DNA of 61,574 nt, filler included, from Choristocarpus tenellus KU-1152 (lineage: Eukaryota > Protista > Phaeophyceae): the NCBI GenBank assembly GCA_964200185.2. It is 13 parts of 13 records of this genome, joined end to end, with 100 filler letters (N's around TTAATTAATTAA, not from the genome) between each part and the next. Parts side by side here need not be neighbours in the genome. Positions count along the whole stretch, not along the records: positions 8,457 to 18,954 come from CAXNAD020002894.1; positions 19,055 to 24,650 come from CAXNAD020010295.1; 11 more parts are not named here. One strand, 5' to 3'. Positions 11,437 to 24,750 of this stretch are shown in pieces (the stretch's first letter is position 1; the number at the start of each line of letters is the position of its first letter). The translations under genes were made by a program, and so were the position numbers. Below the pieces are notes generated by a model. It had not been told where the DNA came from. It ran no database searches and was given only the letters and a program-made list of their open reading frames with translations.

Positions 11437-13136
11437 CTCCCTCTGTCCCAGTAGTCTGCGACGTGAAGGGTGTAACTACTCGAGATGACCTCCGATGAAA
11501 AATTTCTTCCTACGTTGGATTCCTTTGTGCTTTTTACGTTAAAATCGTTTTTCGTCGCTTTCCTCGAGCCCATCAATCCACCAATCCACTGCCGCATTGA
11601 AAGCCACTTTGTTGATTCTGACCGATTTTGCAGACTTCCCTCATGCTGCCTTTTCTTGGTTCTGGTGTGCTGTACAGCGAAATCATCATTCCCAAGTGCT
11701 TTAGGAACTTGATTGTGCTACATAAAGAGACTCTACGACACCCTCATTAAAGTAGCTGTGTTGTAAGCGCCGAACTTGCTCTTTACCCCCTTCTCAAGGT
11801 CATCTATCGTACCAGAACGATAACCCTCCAAACTCTACACTTTAGGGATGCGAAGAAGCCCAATCATGGGTGTTGAGATCAGGTGATTGCACAAGTCTGA
11901 GTTATTACAAGCTTGACTTTCCACCCCCCTCCCTCTGAACTTCATTGAGCTTCCACAGTGTGTCTTTTCCGTATTGGGGGTTGCTCCGTCCTGCTGCTCG
12001 ACCACCTCCTCACCCTCCAATCATGCCAATTTTCCCTTCAATGTGGGGAGAAAATTCTCCTCGTACCACTGCTAGTTCCACTCAGCATCAATGGCCACAC
12101 TAAAGTTGTACTACCGCCCCCTCTCATGGTGGATCAAATTACTCTGCGCCTACTTGATGGCGAAAACACGTCAGATTATGATCTTGCTGGTAAAATATTG
12201 GGAAGGACACGGGCACAAAACAGCTCAGATCAACATCGCCTTAGATATGTGATGCCTGTGGAGTACCTTGGCGGAGTCCATTCTTTCCTCCCCAGGGAAC
12301 ATGCGGATACACTCCCCTGTCGCAGATGAGGTAGAACAATGCTTCGTCGATATGAACCGTGTTGAGGCCGTTTCTGTAATTGATGAGGCTCCTTGCTGCT
12401 TGGTCAAGGGTGAAATTTACCCAGTTGTTCAATGCACCAGCGACAGACTCGATTAACGCACCATTTCACTTTTGTTTTACCCATCACTTTAAGCCATCGC
12501 TGAAGCTTTGAGCCAGTGTGTGCTGAGTTCAGCGAAAGCGTGTTGTGATTGTACAATTGTTCTCGTACGCACACCCACAGTTGTCTCAGATATTGTTCGC
12601 TAGTTCCAAATTGCTCTGCCAACTCTGGTCCAACGCCTTTCAGGAGACAATTCTTACGAGGAGGTAGCACTAAAGGGTAGTGTACGGTCAGCGCGTTTCG
12701 ACCTTCCTTGCTCAGCTTGCAATTCCTACCCCCACACCAACGGTCCCCAGCGAAAGATGGCAGACTCTCAGGAGTGGCCATATTGGCTATAGGGTTCACA
12801 TTGCTGATTGTCTGGAGGCTACGTGAGAGTCGTACGGCTCTTGGCAAGGTGCTGAGATGTTGTGGGAAGATGGGGGGGCATTGTACGTGCCACCAGGCGC
12901 AACATAGCCACTGAGAATGGGACAGAAAAAGACCGTTTTTTCGGTTCCACTTCTCGGAACAGATTCGGAACTATTTCGGAACAAAAAGAGAAAAACAACA
13001 ATTCCCTCTGAACAATTATATCCAGACCTTCAATTTGACCCACACTTCGCTCGGAAAGTCTTCGCATTCATGAAGAAATGCCCAAAACAAAAAGCAAAAT
13101 TCGTAACGTTGAAGACTTGCAGGACAGACAGGGGAG
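11437..13136 (-). mobile_element. Full-length decayed Tc1/mariner element of plant-MLE type (family M1), TA TSD
   Basis: TA|CTCCCTCTGTCCCA...GGACAGACAGGGGAG|TA termini; transposase relics NTVHIDEALFYL, RMFPGEERMDSAKVLHRHHISKAMLI, QQDGATP, LGFFASLKCRV. Confidence 0.9.
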
Positions 13137-13319
13137 TATATCAACACCCGAAGATGCCTGTTATCCTGTTACGAGGCTGGGCATGCTATGTAGTTTTATT
13201 GACTTGGGTCGCCCCGCTCCCCACCCCTAGTCACTCCCACGGAATATAGCAGTATATTGGAGGAAAGTTCTTGAATAATGATTTCATAATGTAGTAGTAC
13301 GTAATAATGCATATGGTTC

Positions 13320-15650
13320 TTCAAACATTATAGTTGGGATTACCCACATAAGTTATTTGAAGCAAGCAATATATCTGCAGTACGTAGGGGGTATGTGTCC
13401 ATACCCATTGTGAAAGGGGTCTTACACCTAGTAATACAAACATTTCCTTAACAATAGGGAGTATTACCTGCTCAAGTACATCATCTTTGACCCTCATTGT
13501 ATGCCTCCACATATCCAACTAGGGCTCAACCCCCAAAAAGTCAACATCTCCACCTAAACCTGCATTTGTCGAGTATTACACACTATACCTTGCCTGCGCA
13601 GGTCAAGATCCATGTTTCCCCCAGCACAATGGCTCCAAAGAGCTAAGTGTACAAGAGCTCTTGACCTCTGTGCCCCACATCGATCTTGACCAACAATTCC
13701 AGGCTCATCCACACCAATACCACCCACATCACCCTTAAGGCCAGCTGTGCCTGTTGAGGACCAGGTCATACCTCCAGAATGTTTCTCAGTCTGCGCCTTC
13801 ATCTCACAATCGATACCTTGCTCAATGGATTCCCCGGCTAAACTATTGCGCGAGGATAAACGTATTCCTGTGAGAAAGAAGCGCTCAGCTTTTTTGTATG
13901 CCTTCCTGTCAGGGTCCAACGTCCATGCAGTCTTCAGGAGGAACAGCGACTCCTCCAGCATACTTGACTCTGGGTGGTTGCCGAAGCCTGCACAAACCCA
14001 CTGTGCCTGAAAGTGTGAAGAGTGCATATAGGGATGAATGTAAAAGTTTGTATTGAAGTCATTGTTGTGGTTAGTGGGCAAGGATTGGAACTGGGCAATT
14101 TGCAGTTTGGATAGTATTGGAATCCCTCAATAAAGCAAATGACATTCCAAGGAGAGGTACCCACTTTCACATTTCGTATTTTTGTTTAATCCTGAAGAGG
14201 TCTCCATGCAGCCTTGCTCCGCAATTTTTCCCCTTCTGAGTTAGGAGTATAATGCTTTTCTTCCATCTATTGATCTTGTCCTTGCATAACCCCCATTTCT
14301 TAATATATGTTGTTAGTATTGGAGGGTGTAGACATTTACTCTCCGCCCAACATTTTGACCCTTTGTGCTCACCTGCATTGCCACCGCCGATGCATACCCA
14401 AATTCTACCGAATAGGGTGCCTTCTCAAGACCTGAACGAAGTACTCTCAACACATCTCTGTACCAGATCCTTTCACTCATCTTCCCCTGACCACAGCCTC
14501 GTTCTTTAGTAGAGCAAGCCTTACCACTATCCCTCCAGTTACAGTTACAAAGTAGACAGTGCCCTGCATCGAAAAGTGCTTCCATGTAAGACACCTTCCC
14601 CCATCCCAGTTGAATTAGATCTCTTGATCTATCAGAAAGCCCATGTACTTCAGACACAGTTTCCACTGGCAGGGTTGGCGACATTGTTGACTGTGATTCT
14701 AAGCTTTGGAGAGGTGTACCAATCACAGAGCTCTCTGCCCACCCCTGCCCACCTTTCACTGTGGAGTTGTTTTGGTAGGGGTTGGAATAGGTCACAGCCC
14801 CTCCCTCACTCTCATGGTCACTCATCTCCTCCTGCCCTTGCCTTTCCAGCTCTTTGCTGCCTCTCTTGGAGTCGCTTTCATAAAATTCACAAATCCCCGA
14901 AGAAGCGCTCTGATCACTGACTTTGGTTTCTTTCTTACAACCGGTATTAGTCCGGATCATATCCTCCTCCAAGCTTTCTCTTCCAGCTTCTCCATTGGCC
15001 AACTCAAGGAGAAGTGGCATTAGGTGCCCGGTGGTGTGCAGGCGGCACACCTCTGTTGTTTGTCACAATGTTTGGGGTAGAGAGGATAGCTTGTGGTTTG
15101 TTGCTAGGGATAGTTTTACATTTTGTATTGGGGCAGAGCTGAAGGCTGGGCATTGACTTCTGAATCGAAGAAGAAGAACTCAGTGGAGATTTGGATGAAA
15201 TTAGGGGGTATGATGAAAGGGATCTGAGGATGTGTGACTGCAGCCTTTATGCACATTGATCGGAGATTTGACTGGTCTAGTCTTTCTTTTTGTGAGCAAT
15301 AGATTTTGGTGAAATTTCAATTTTTGCTGTAGATGTTTGCTTTTCTGAAGATACATTGTGCCATTGTTGTGTACATATAATACCTTCAGGGATGCACATA
15401 CACATTGCATTAGGTTTGGGATAAGGTCAGGACGAATGTACATTTGGGGGGATTTGGAGCATTGTGAACCTAACCAAGTAGAAAGAAGTGTTCTTGGTCC
15501 CATTTATTTTTGTCGGGTATGCTTCCATCAAGGTTTGTCCCTCATACTTGCGTAGGGTAGGAGGCGACACTTAATTGACACAAAGAAATTGTAAGGAAAC
15601 TCAGGCATGGGGTTAGGTACCTCTATAATATCATGTTGCATCCTCTTTAT
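13320..15650 (-). pseudogene. Decayed multi-exon coding region of unknown function, probably the upstream part of the AlkB-like relic locus
   Basis: Long ORF segments 14313-15050 (Cys-rich CLLCNCNW; MQ|GTGAGC donor) and 13554-14081 (CTTTCAG|AQWVCAG acceptor); scattered stops. Confidence 0.4.
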
Positions 15651-16853
15651 CCAACTCAAAACCCTGTCCTCTGTTCAATTTCTATCGGCATGGACAAGTC
15701 ATCTGCCCTATACAATATATACAAATGGTTAGTGTGTGAGAGGGGCATAGTATTTACAGTAGTTCAGGCTAGCTTCACTGAGTGTGTATGCTGATATGAT
15801 GGGGGTGTCAACTGTCACCGGCTACATCAACGAAAATGAGTAGGGAGTACATCAAAGATAACCTCAGGCCTACGACGGCTGCGTACCCTCAACTAGAGAG
15901 GCATTTGGACACGAGGTGCTCCCCAAAAGAGTAGCATACTACATAGTACATACTTTTACCTTTTCACTAGACTATGATATGAAAGAATAATCAATGCTAA
16001 ACAAATAATATATGAAAGAACAACCGCAATTGTTAAGTTTTCACGATTCTCAGCAATCTTCACAACGGAATTATTGGAGTTTTTATGCAACAAAGAATCT
16101 GCTTCATCTTGAAGCTGTTCGGTGAGATGTTCTACCTAACCATTCAAGTGCGATGATGTAGTGCATCCCTCTACAATTGCTACATCCGACCCAGACCACC
16201 ATTGGGTGGTCAAATCCCTCTATTTAGTTGCCACATGTTGAGAAAGGCAAAAATCTAATCCCCCCAAAAATATTAGTCTTTTTACAAAGGTAATCAAAGG
16301 CTAAGGGTAGAGACGATTTGAGGCAAAGATGATGTTGCGTTTATTATTTTTTCATTGCTGCATGATAGACTCTGCACCCCCCTGATTGGTCTGGTGCATG
16401 GCACACATTTGATAGAGTTTGGGATAACACTACTCCCAGAAATATGGTCGGGGCTCAGTGGAAAAGGAGGGCACACTCTGTTCCGCATGCAGATAGTGGT
16501 GTGAGTAGTTCATACTATGTGGGAGGTGATCTGTGCTAGGTTAGAGAGGGGGCACGTACGGTAGAGACAATGGGTTATCTTTGAGTAGCAGGATCGCATC
16601 CTTTGTATGAGGTCAGGAAAGACTAGAGCTAGACCCTCCTCCACTCCTTCACCAAGCTAGAAGCAGACCCTGTGCATTATCTGCTTCCTCCACTCCAGCC
16701 TAATGCTGCAAAGGCACAAATGTTTATATTCGCTAGAATGATATTCAATCACAGTGCAACTCCAGACTTCTCTAGTGAACAAAATGCTTCAAAGTACATC
16801 CATGGATTGTATTCAAATACTCTCAATACATGTATTATTGTGCCGAGAGGCAC

Positions 16854-18231
16854 CTTCCATATGACGTTCCTCTTCCCGCTGCCTTTTCTGCTCTCCTGCA
16901 AATTTCTTCCTGGCAAGGAAGCCCCTAGCAAGAGCCTGGATGGAAATTATCCGACGATTGGCAAGATATTCCATTAATAGCTTGAGCCACCTGGTATACC
17001 ACAGTTACCGGGGAAAGGACAAAAGGGTCACTCGTGTTCTTACCAAGTAAGGGGAATCTTTCCCCAGATATAGAAATACCAAGATCTCCGAGAATGTTGT
17101 TGGGGTCCTTCTCACCTCTGTTCTAAAATAGTGCTGGAAAGAAGTCTCCAACATCTTTACGCTAGATGATGCTTTATTTTCAAGCCTCTCCATGACATCA
17201 TAATGTTTACACTGATGTCTCAGCTCCTCATATGCATAAAGAGTGAAAGTATCTTATTAAGAGAGGCTACGAGTTGTGCCCTGTTTGTCCATTTGGGGCT
17301 TGGCTTCCCACGGGTTTTTTATGGCATTTTATCTACTCCAAAATGTTTCAGAGTAGGTGTAATGTATACATTATGAAAAGGAGTGTCCGGAACAAGGATA
17401 TTGACCCTTCCTAACAAACCCAATAGTCAAAATTACATCAAAATCGCAACATTGGATTTTGACCCCCAAACGGACGGTGCTCTACCCTCTAAGATACTTT
17501 GACTCCAAATTAAGTTTTTCCACCGAATCAGTACATCATGGCACATCATGGCACATCATAGCCATGACTCAGGGTTAGGGGTAGGGTTAAGGTAGGGCTT
17601 AGTGATGGGATGAGGACAGGGGTTAGGGTGAGTCATAAAGTTAAGATTTGATGTCTTCGACTTATTACCCTTACTTTACTTCAACTTTTTTCTGTTGGAA
17701 ACATTATGACAGCTCTCAGGCACACGCTACATTGGATTTGAGAGTGAAATAGCCCTAAAAATATTATTCTGTACTGATGAAACAAGTTGCTAACAACGCC
17801 TGCCTTGCAAATATACCCATCCATGCACAACATGGAATGGAATAGGCTCTGTGAGTACCCCATTTACGTTCGTCTTTAGGTACAACTGCCATAACTTAGG
17901 TGCAACCTGGGGTATTGACCGATGAAGAGAGGAAAGCATTCATATGTACCTTTGAAAGACGTTTTATGAACCATCGCCTCAAAGTACCACATATCGTAAA
18001 TAGAGTAAGTTGCTCGATCCAAAGTGATATTTCTCGCATTTGAAATAGATCGCTTTCTAACCTCCTGGCTAATCGACCTCTCTGATATCGCTGCAGAGTG
18101 ATTGCTGCTGCATTACATCGGGCTACACGAAGGCCTCTGGCAATGGCTCTGCCTACACGCCCACGTTCCAGCGCAGTCAGCCGATCAGCGGCATCCTGAG
18201 TGCGCTTGTAGCGAATCTTCCGAGCTCTCAC
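16854..18231 (-). CDS. Exons of an IQ-motif (calmodulin-binding) protein; 17950-18231 and ~16854-16990, intermediate exons unresolved
   Basis: AAAITLQRYQRGRLARR and RIISIQALARGFLARKKF match IQxxxRGxxxR; the 282-nt exon is bounded by TAG|GTG and AAG|GTAC. Confidence 0.7.
17241..17505 (-). mobile_element. MITE family A copy 3
   Basis: GAGTGAAAGTATCTT...AAGATACTTTGACTC with family A body. Confidence 0.92.
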
Positions 18232-18279
18232 CTATGCACATAGCGTGTGAGGTCGTTTGTTTTGTCAGTTGACCATGAA

Positions 18280-18539
18280 GAGTGAACGTATTTTAGAGGG
18301 TACAAGTTTTTCCCTGTTTGCCCATTTAGGGCTTGGCTTCCCACGAGAGTTTAATGACATTTTACCTACTCCAAAATGTTATTGAGTAGATAAAATGTGT
18401 AACATTATGAAAAGGTGTGTCCGGAATAAGGATATTGACATCTGCTAACAAACAGGATAGCCAAAATTGCATCAAAATTGCAAAATCGGATTTTGGCCCC
18501 CAAATGGATGCGGCTCTACCCTCTAAGATACTTTAAACT
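18280..18539 (-). mobile_element. MITE family A copy 4, degenerate right end
   Basis: GAGTGAACGTATTTTAGAGGGTA...TACCCTCTAAGATACTTT. Confidence 0.9.
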
Positions 18540-19331
18540 AATTGCTTTCTTCTTTTTTGAGTAGAGCAGAGTTGACCAAAATATTATGAAAGATTTGTTC
18601 AAGGAAAGGTATAGCCTAGGTTACGAAGTGGGAGCCATTCAAGGTTACACACTAAACCTAAAAGTAAGGCACCCAGTATTATGTTTTGAAGTCTAAGCCT
18701 TTCTTGAGACTGTGTATGAGACTATGATTGTTAGCGTGTGAGGGTAAGGAATCTGGTATTGTGTACACGCTGTGTTGGTAAGGGCGGTCAATTTTGCTGC
18801 ATATGGCAGACAGATAATGTGACTCTATTTGTTCATTCAAAATGGCTGAGCGTCGTCAGGGTGAAATTTCATGAAAGGCTCAAAGGTATCAGGGGGGGGG
18901 GGGGGGGGGGGGGGGGGGGTTTGGGGGGGTTTTTTTTTTTGGTTTTTGTGGTGGNNNNNNNNNNNNNNNNNNNNNNNNNNNNNNNNNNNNNNNNNNNNTT
19001 AATTAATTAANNNNNNNNNNNNNNNNNNNNNNNNNNNNNNNNNNNNNNNNNNNNATTCGACAAGACGGTAGAAGGTACATGCTAGAAAGGGAGCAAGCAA
19101 GCAAGTGTCCTACTCTTAGCTGGTATGCGCTTTGTAGAGGAAGATATTGTAGGCACTGTACATAGGTGCTTCAATAGGAAAAGCCATCAAAAACTAGATA
19201 ACGTAACACCCTACATGCCCATTTTGTTATACTCGATATATTGGACTTTTTGACATAATCAGTTGATATCCAGGCATACAAGAAATTAACATTTCTCTTG
19301 GTGAATCCTTGTCTCTTGCAATGTTCTTAAG

Positions 19332-20084
19332 CGGCGGGCACAAGATGCGGTCACTGGGACGAGGTGGGGGCTGTATTCAATGTCTGTTTTTTCAGCTAGC
19401 TTTTTGTATTTTGTCTCTCACAAAATCTGTGACTCTTACTTTCTTGTTCATTGAAGGCTCTCTTCGTTTTATTATGCATTATAATTTGTTCAGATCATCG
19501 TAACGTGTTTGTGCGATACAAGTTTTGATTAGATAAAGTTCCCTACTGTCCTTCTTTGGTCGTTACGGTGAGTTTTGTAGGTGACATGGTGTACCTGAAT
19601 GATATCTTGCTTAACGCACAAAAATTAATTCCTTAATCTGTACGTTACCTTCGATAATGAACTCATGACGGGCTATTTGAATAGCTCACCAGCTGTCAAC
19701 CCATTCAGCAAGATCACCGTTGGAGCCCTTGCTGACCTTGGGTACATCGTAAAGCCTAAGGCGGTAAGTTTCGGTGTTGATGGTTACGGAAAGCTTTGAA
19801 CCTGGTGCATCGCGGAACTGTTAGGCTTCTGGAATAAATTACTTTCTAATTGTATTTGTGTGTCTTCCCAGAATGTCTGCTCGTCTCTCCTACTCCTATA
19901 TGTGACCTTAACCATTATTGGCTTACGCTTACGTTTATCAGTTCCCTTGATCGTGGAAGATGAGGAGAGGAAAGAAAAGGCAATCATTGACCTTACCAAT
20001 GACATTATGACCGGTCATGTCCAAACAATCTCGCTTACCGATGGTACCATCGTTGGTAAATATAAGGACGGAGTTCGTATCTAG
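19332..20084 (+). CDS. 3' exons of a leishmanolysin-like (peptidase M8) zinc metallopeptidase; exons ~19332-19363, 19644-19763, ~19872-20084
   Basis: Joined translation AGTRCGHWDE|VTFDNELMTGYLNSSPAVNPFSKITVGALADLGYIV contains the M8 third Zn-ligand His and Met-turn (HW.E...ELMTG...DLGY); the acceptor at 19642-19643 reads AC, so it may be a pseudogene. Confidence 0.8.
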
Positions 20085-22522
20085 TACTAGGATGGCGCCT
20101 TGGAACGCACGATGTTGAGGTTGGTGGCAGCGTTGTCAGAAACAGGCAGCTTTGTTGGTGATGGTATGTGTAAACACTAGGTTGTTGCTATATTCTGTTG
20201 GTGCACTGGGGGGAGAGGATACAGAGCAATTTTGGGCGAGTTTGAGGAAGTCTAACTGTCTGAAGCCTTTTATTTTGAGGTGTTTATGGTGTAAATAAAT
20301 TGCGGAGTAGATCCAAAGGAATACGTTTGCCTGTGTCTGAGGCAAGAGGAGACAAAGACCAAAATAGGTGGTAGTAAAGCTTTGCAGAATAGGGTGATTT
20401 TTGTTCTAATGTTTCTCTACCTAATAAAGAGCACATCACCGCAAAAAGAAGCATATAACACAAGTACTTACCAAGACCTGCCAAGGGCTCAGACAGATGT
20501 ATATCAAGTGTGGAAGTGCACCAATGTAATTGTGTTGTATATGATAATTGCTGTCCAAATCGACAATGACATAAGGCAGCATAGGGTCATGATGTGGTAA
20601 GGATGTAAATCTAGAACTGTGAGAAGAGCATATAGGCCCTTTTTTCAATGCCTGGTAACCACATCTATTCACGTCGGACGACCATTAACTTTTCTAGCAC
20701 CCTTTTGACCAAATTCGCACTGTGCCAGTAAACAAGCCTTAACTACCATACACCATGTGAGATACATTTTGTCCAATCGAAGTACCATACAATCTGCTTA
20801 TATCACTAACTACCATTCTTGCATACAATGTAGGTGACCACACCTAGAGGATAGACAAATTCATAAAGGAAGAGGTAAACCTTTTCTATGTCCGTCGTAT
20901 ATATCTAGTATACTCAGCCGAAGTAACCGAGAGAAAACTCTCATTTGGCCGTTAGGTGTTATGACGCAGTTTTTCGTTTTAAAGATTTGCAATTGTAATA
21001 TGCGTCCGTGTATGAAGTGCTAAGGTTGGTTGCGAAGGGTTGATTTCTCTTTCGCTTAAAATCTTTCCAAACATTCGGAAAATATTCATCTGTAGAAAAT
21101 GCCGAATTGTGCACTTATTGACAGGTATCTTGGTATATCTTCCTTACTTTGACTCACTGTCGATCTAATCTACTCCCTTGTATCAAGCTCAAGGAAATCG
21201 ACTATCTTCTTGGAAATGTAGAGTAATTTATCCTTAGGACCTTCGTTAAAGGATAGGCAAATAAAAGATCAATAATAATGCCCAAACAATGAGAGGTTTC
21301 CCTTCTACCTTTGCTTATTGGTTTCTAAGTTTAAATTCACTCTTCAAAACATGTATTGTACAAGAATCTATATTAACATATACCCTCCATAAACTGATTC
21401 GTAGGTTTAAGAATAGTAGTATTCCGATCACTCCCGTACGTACAGCACACAGGCATGCTGTGATCTGAATCGCAACATCGGCATCTGGTTAGGGCTGTGA
21501 AAAAGTTGAAGCAGTGGACCATTCATTGAAGTTATTGGTTACATCATAATAGGCTTGAGAGTAACCCTTGATCCCTTTATTGAATTAAACGAACTTAGAC
21601 GGGGGTCGAAGTTGTGTAGAAACCCAGATTCGTCTCAAAGAGTGACAATGAATGATAATCACTGTAGGCGTATCATTAACTTTACATCCTTCTATCGTGC
21701 CCCAATTTCTTCTAACATTTTAATCCATTGTAGCCAGAACCCTTAGAGTGAGGGAAATGCATGTGCATCATCCTAAAATAGCTATTTAGGCATAATAGTA
21801 GTAATACACAATACGAGCATATTATATTATACGTACATACACACACACACAAACATCCATTTAACAATGCTATACATCAAAGAAGTAGTATGTACTCGAA
21901 GTGTGTAACATGGGTAAGAGTCTTGGTTGCCCCTATATTGTGGGGAAGCTCAACCTAGCCTCGTTTGTGTTTCATGGGCATGACATGTGGTTTGCAGGAA
22001 AATAGAGTACACACTTTATCGAATGATTGCCAGCATGTAGTATTATGTGTAGGTCAGGTAGGCATAGAAAGAGCCAGAGAACAATGTATGGTGCTGCATT
22101 TCTTGATTTCCCTTACTTTTCTAAACACTTACTTCCAGCTGCCACACCTTGTTGACAAAACTTATCTTTCCTATCTAGGATGGTGCACCTCAATGCCTCA
22201 TTGTGTTCTGAGTCATACAGACAACTACAATGGTGTTCACTATTTGATATCCACAACTAATTATTAGCATTAAACACTCCACTGCCAGAAAAAAATACTG
22301 GCAAACATAAAGTCTACCCAGCAAGTCTATAATCATAGCAGCTCTGAAATTTCTCGAAATCATACCTAAACTTTGAAAAGTGGCATCTAGTTTCTTTTAA
22401 AACGGAATTTGGAGGGATTTACTTCACTATTACTAATTTTTCTACGGTTGATAGCAGTGTTGCATTAATTTTTTTCTTCACTTTTTGACACCACATCCAG
22501 TGAAGAGACACTTCACTACATA

Positions 22523-24216
22523 CTACCTCTATGCCGTAAGTTTGTGCCGCCAAACATCTGGGCTCGCCGAGCGAGAAGGGGGCCGAATCGGACGATAGCC
22601 CCACAGAATTAAATCGGATTGACAATCTCAGCTTTCAGAAAAGGTGGGGGTCGAGGATCATCAGGTACAAACTCGAGGTGCTTTAAACCGTTAAATTAGG
22701 GGTCTATTGGGGCGATTTTGAGACCAGAATTAGGAACGTTGAGGGTCAGCACGTCGGCATGGCAATCCCCCCGTCCACCGCCTCGTGAAGGAAGGGTGTC
22801 CAAGTGTCCCTTGAATACCAGGGTTGTGCTTGCGGTGTGGCATGCCCTCGTGATGGTCCCTAGTGAGCATAAACAGCCGCAACACGCTGGGCTGGCCCTT
22901 GTGGCGGAGTTTCGAGCGTCTGAGCGTTACATGCAAGACCTTTGGGAGGATGTCACCGATCAGCTCGCCCATGGTCACACGCTTGACCTAGGGGTGGCGG
23001 CACGTAGTGGGCGGCCTTCGGAGCTCACACTGACCAAGATGACCGTAATACATAGTATCAACTCCGATAATCGGTCATCCACAGTGCATCAGGTGACAAT
23101 GAAGATAGCCGCCAAGGGGCTGAATTATTGCACGAGAGCACCAAAAAAAGATGGTTGGACAGTATGGGGGCCATGCCGAATCGCCGCTGGATCAAACCCA
23201 AGCTTAAATCGTGGCTGAAGATATGGAGAATGGAATTCGTTTGCAATCAAGCGGACCGGGAACATGGTGTTTACGCCTCCATGGCAAACACGATCCATAT
23301 GGCTGAAACCTGGTTTTACGTGATGGCTGATGGGGAAAGGGTTAGGGTAATTCCGCATGAGGATGATAGCGACCTTCCAGGGTCACCTACTATGCAGCAC
23401 AAGAGTTATATCCCCCAAACCATGATCATTGCAGCCAACGCCCGCCCAGATTCGGCTCACAGCTTTGATGGAAAGCTTGGTGTTTGGCGTATGTGTGCAT
23501 CAAAAACTTCAGACAGGACAAGCAAGAACCATCGAAAGGAGGATGTGTAGGAGCAGGACTGTACTTTAGACCATTTGTGGTACAGAAAGTGGTACACAGA
23601 GGATTTACTGCCTGCAATCAAGACCAAGATGCCTTGGTTGCAGGGGAAGCACGTTGTCATCCAGCAAGACGGTGCCACCCCCCCCACGAGCAAGGGCAAC
23701 TCAGAAATCTTGTCAGGGGCAGCGAAGCTGAGGGGTGGTCGATTAGGCTTGTGACGCAGCCATCTGACTCCCCCGACCTCATTATCATGGACCTGCGCTT
23801 CTTCGGGTCCTTGAAATGCCGGGTGATGGGGGAGCGGTTTGGGTCAGTCAAGGAGATGGTGAAGGTCATTAAGAAACGGTATGAGGAGTATGATCAAACC
23901 ATACTTGAGAGGGCTTGGCAGCTCCTTTTTGTGGTGTACATGAAGTACTTAGATACAAACGGGGGAATGACTTCAGTGTGGAGCCCACAGGGGTAAGGAA
24001 GAGGCAGTTGCCTGGTGAGCTTGAAAGCGCACCGAAGGTAGATATGGAGGCCTTTTCTGTGGCTGATAAAATTGTGATGGATGAGGAGTAATAATAATAT
24101 TCAATAGCTGACTCTAAACAGAAATCCGTCAAGGATTCCAAATCTTCTTTCAGAAATGATTTCGTCATCTTCAAAAGTTATGAACAACGCGGCATAGGCA
24201 TATGGCACAGAGATAG
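22523..24216 (+). mobile_element. Full-length decayed Tc1/mariner element of plant-MLE type (family M2)
   Basis: Imperfect ~28-bp TIRs (TA|CTACCTCTATGCCGTAAGTTTGTGCCGC ... GCGGCATAGGCATATGGCACAGAGATAG); transposase relics TIHMAETWFYV, IAANARP...FDGKLGVW, IQQDGATP, QPSDSPDLIIMDLRFFGSLK; frameshifts and a stop. Confidence 0.92.
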
Positions 24217-24750
24217 AAAATAATTGCCACTATTTAGTGCTGTACATGTTGCTGTTACACACAATCTTTAGTATGTGACTGACTAGAATTGTGACTTCTT
24301 CGTAGATTAAGGCAGTGCGTGAGAGGTCCAGTCACCAGCCAGGCGTCTATATTGCTAGGCATGATGAGCGCTTACTACACTGCCACTGCAAATATACAAG
24401 CACTTTGGAGTACTACCAAACACTAGAGAGAAATTCTGCGACAATGGATGAGGTGAGAGAGAGAGGAGTTTAAGTTTCTGAAGGCGTGCCAGACTGGATG
24501 CTATTAGACGTAAAAGTAAGAAATGAGAAAACTGTTGTTCGATTAGACTCTTCCAACTCTATCGGACAGTTACGTGGACAGTTACAGAGAAACGGAACAA
24601 TCAATTAGTGGTTGAGTTATCAGAACTTTTTACTAGTGATTAGTTGAAGGNNNNNNNNNNNNNNNNNNNNNNNNNNNNNNNNNNNNNNNNNNNNTTAATT
24701 AATTAANNNNNNNNNNNNNNNNNNNNNNNNNNNNNNNNNNNNNNNNNNNN

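Noticed and set aside
20960-21130. Similarity to 30070-30240
   Set aside because: Probably another old dispersed repeat, but no termini or coding signal could be defined.
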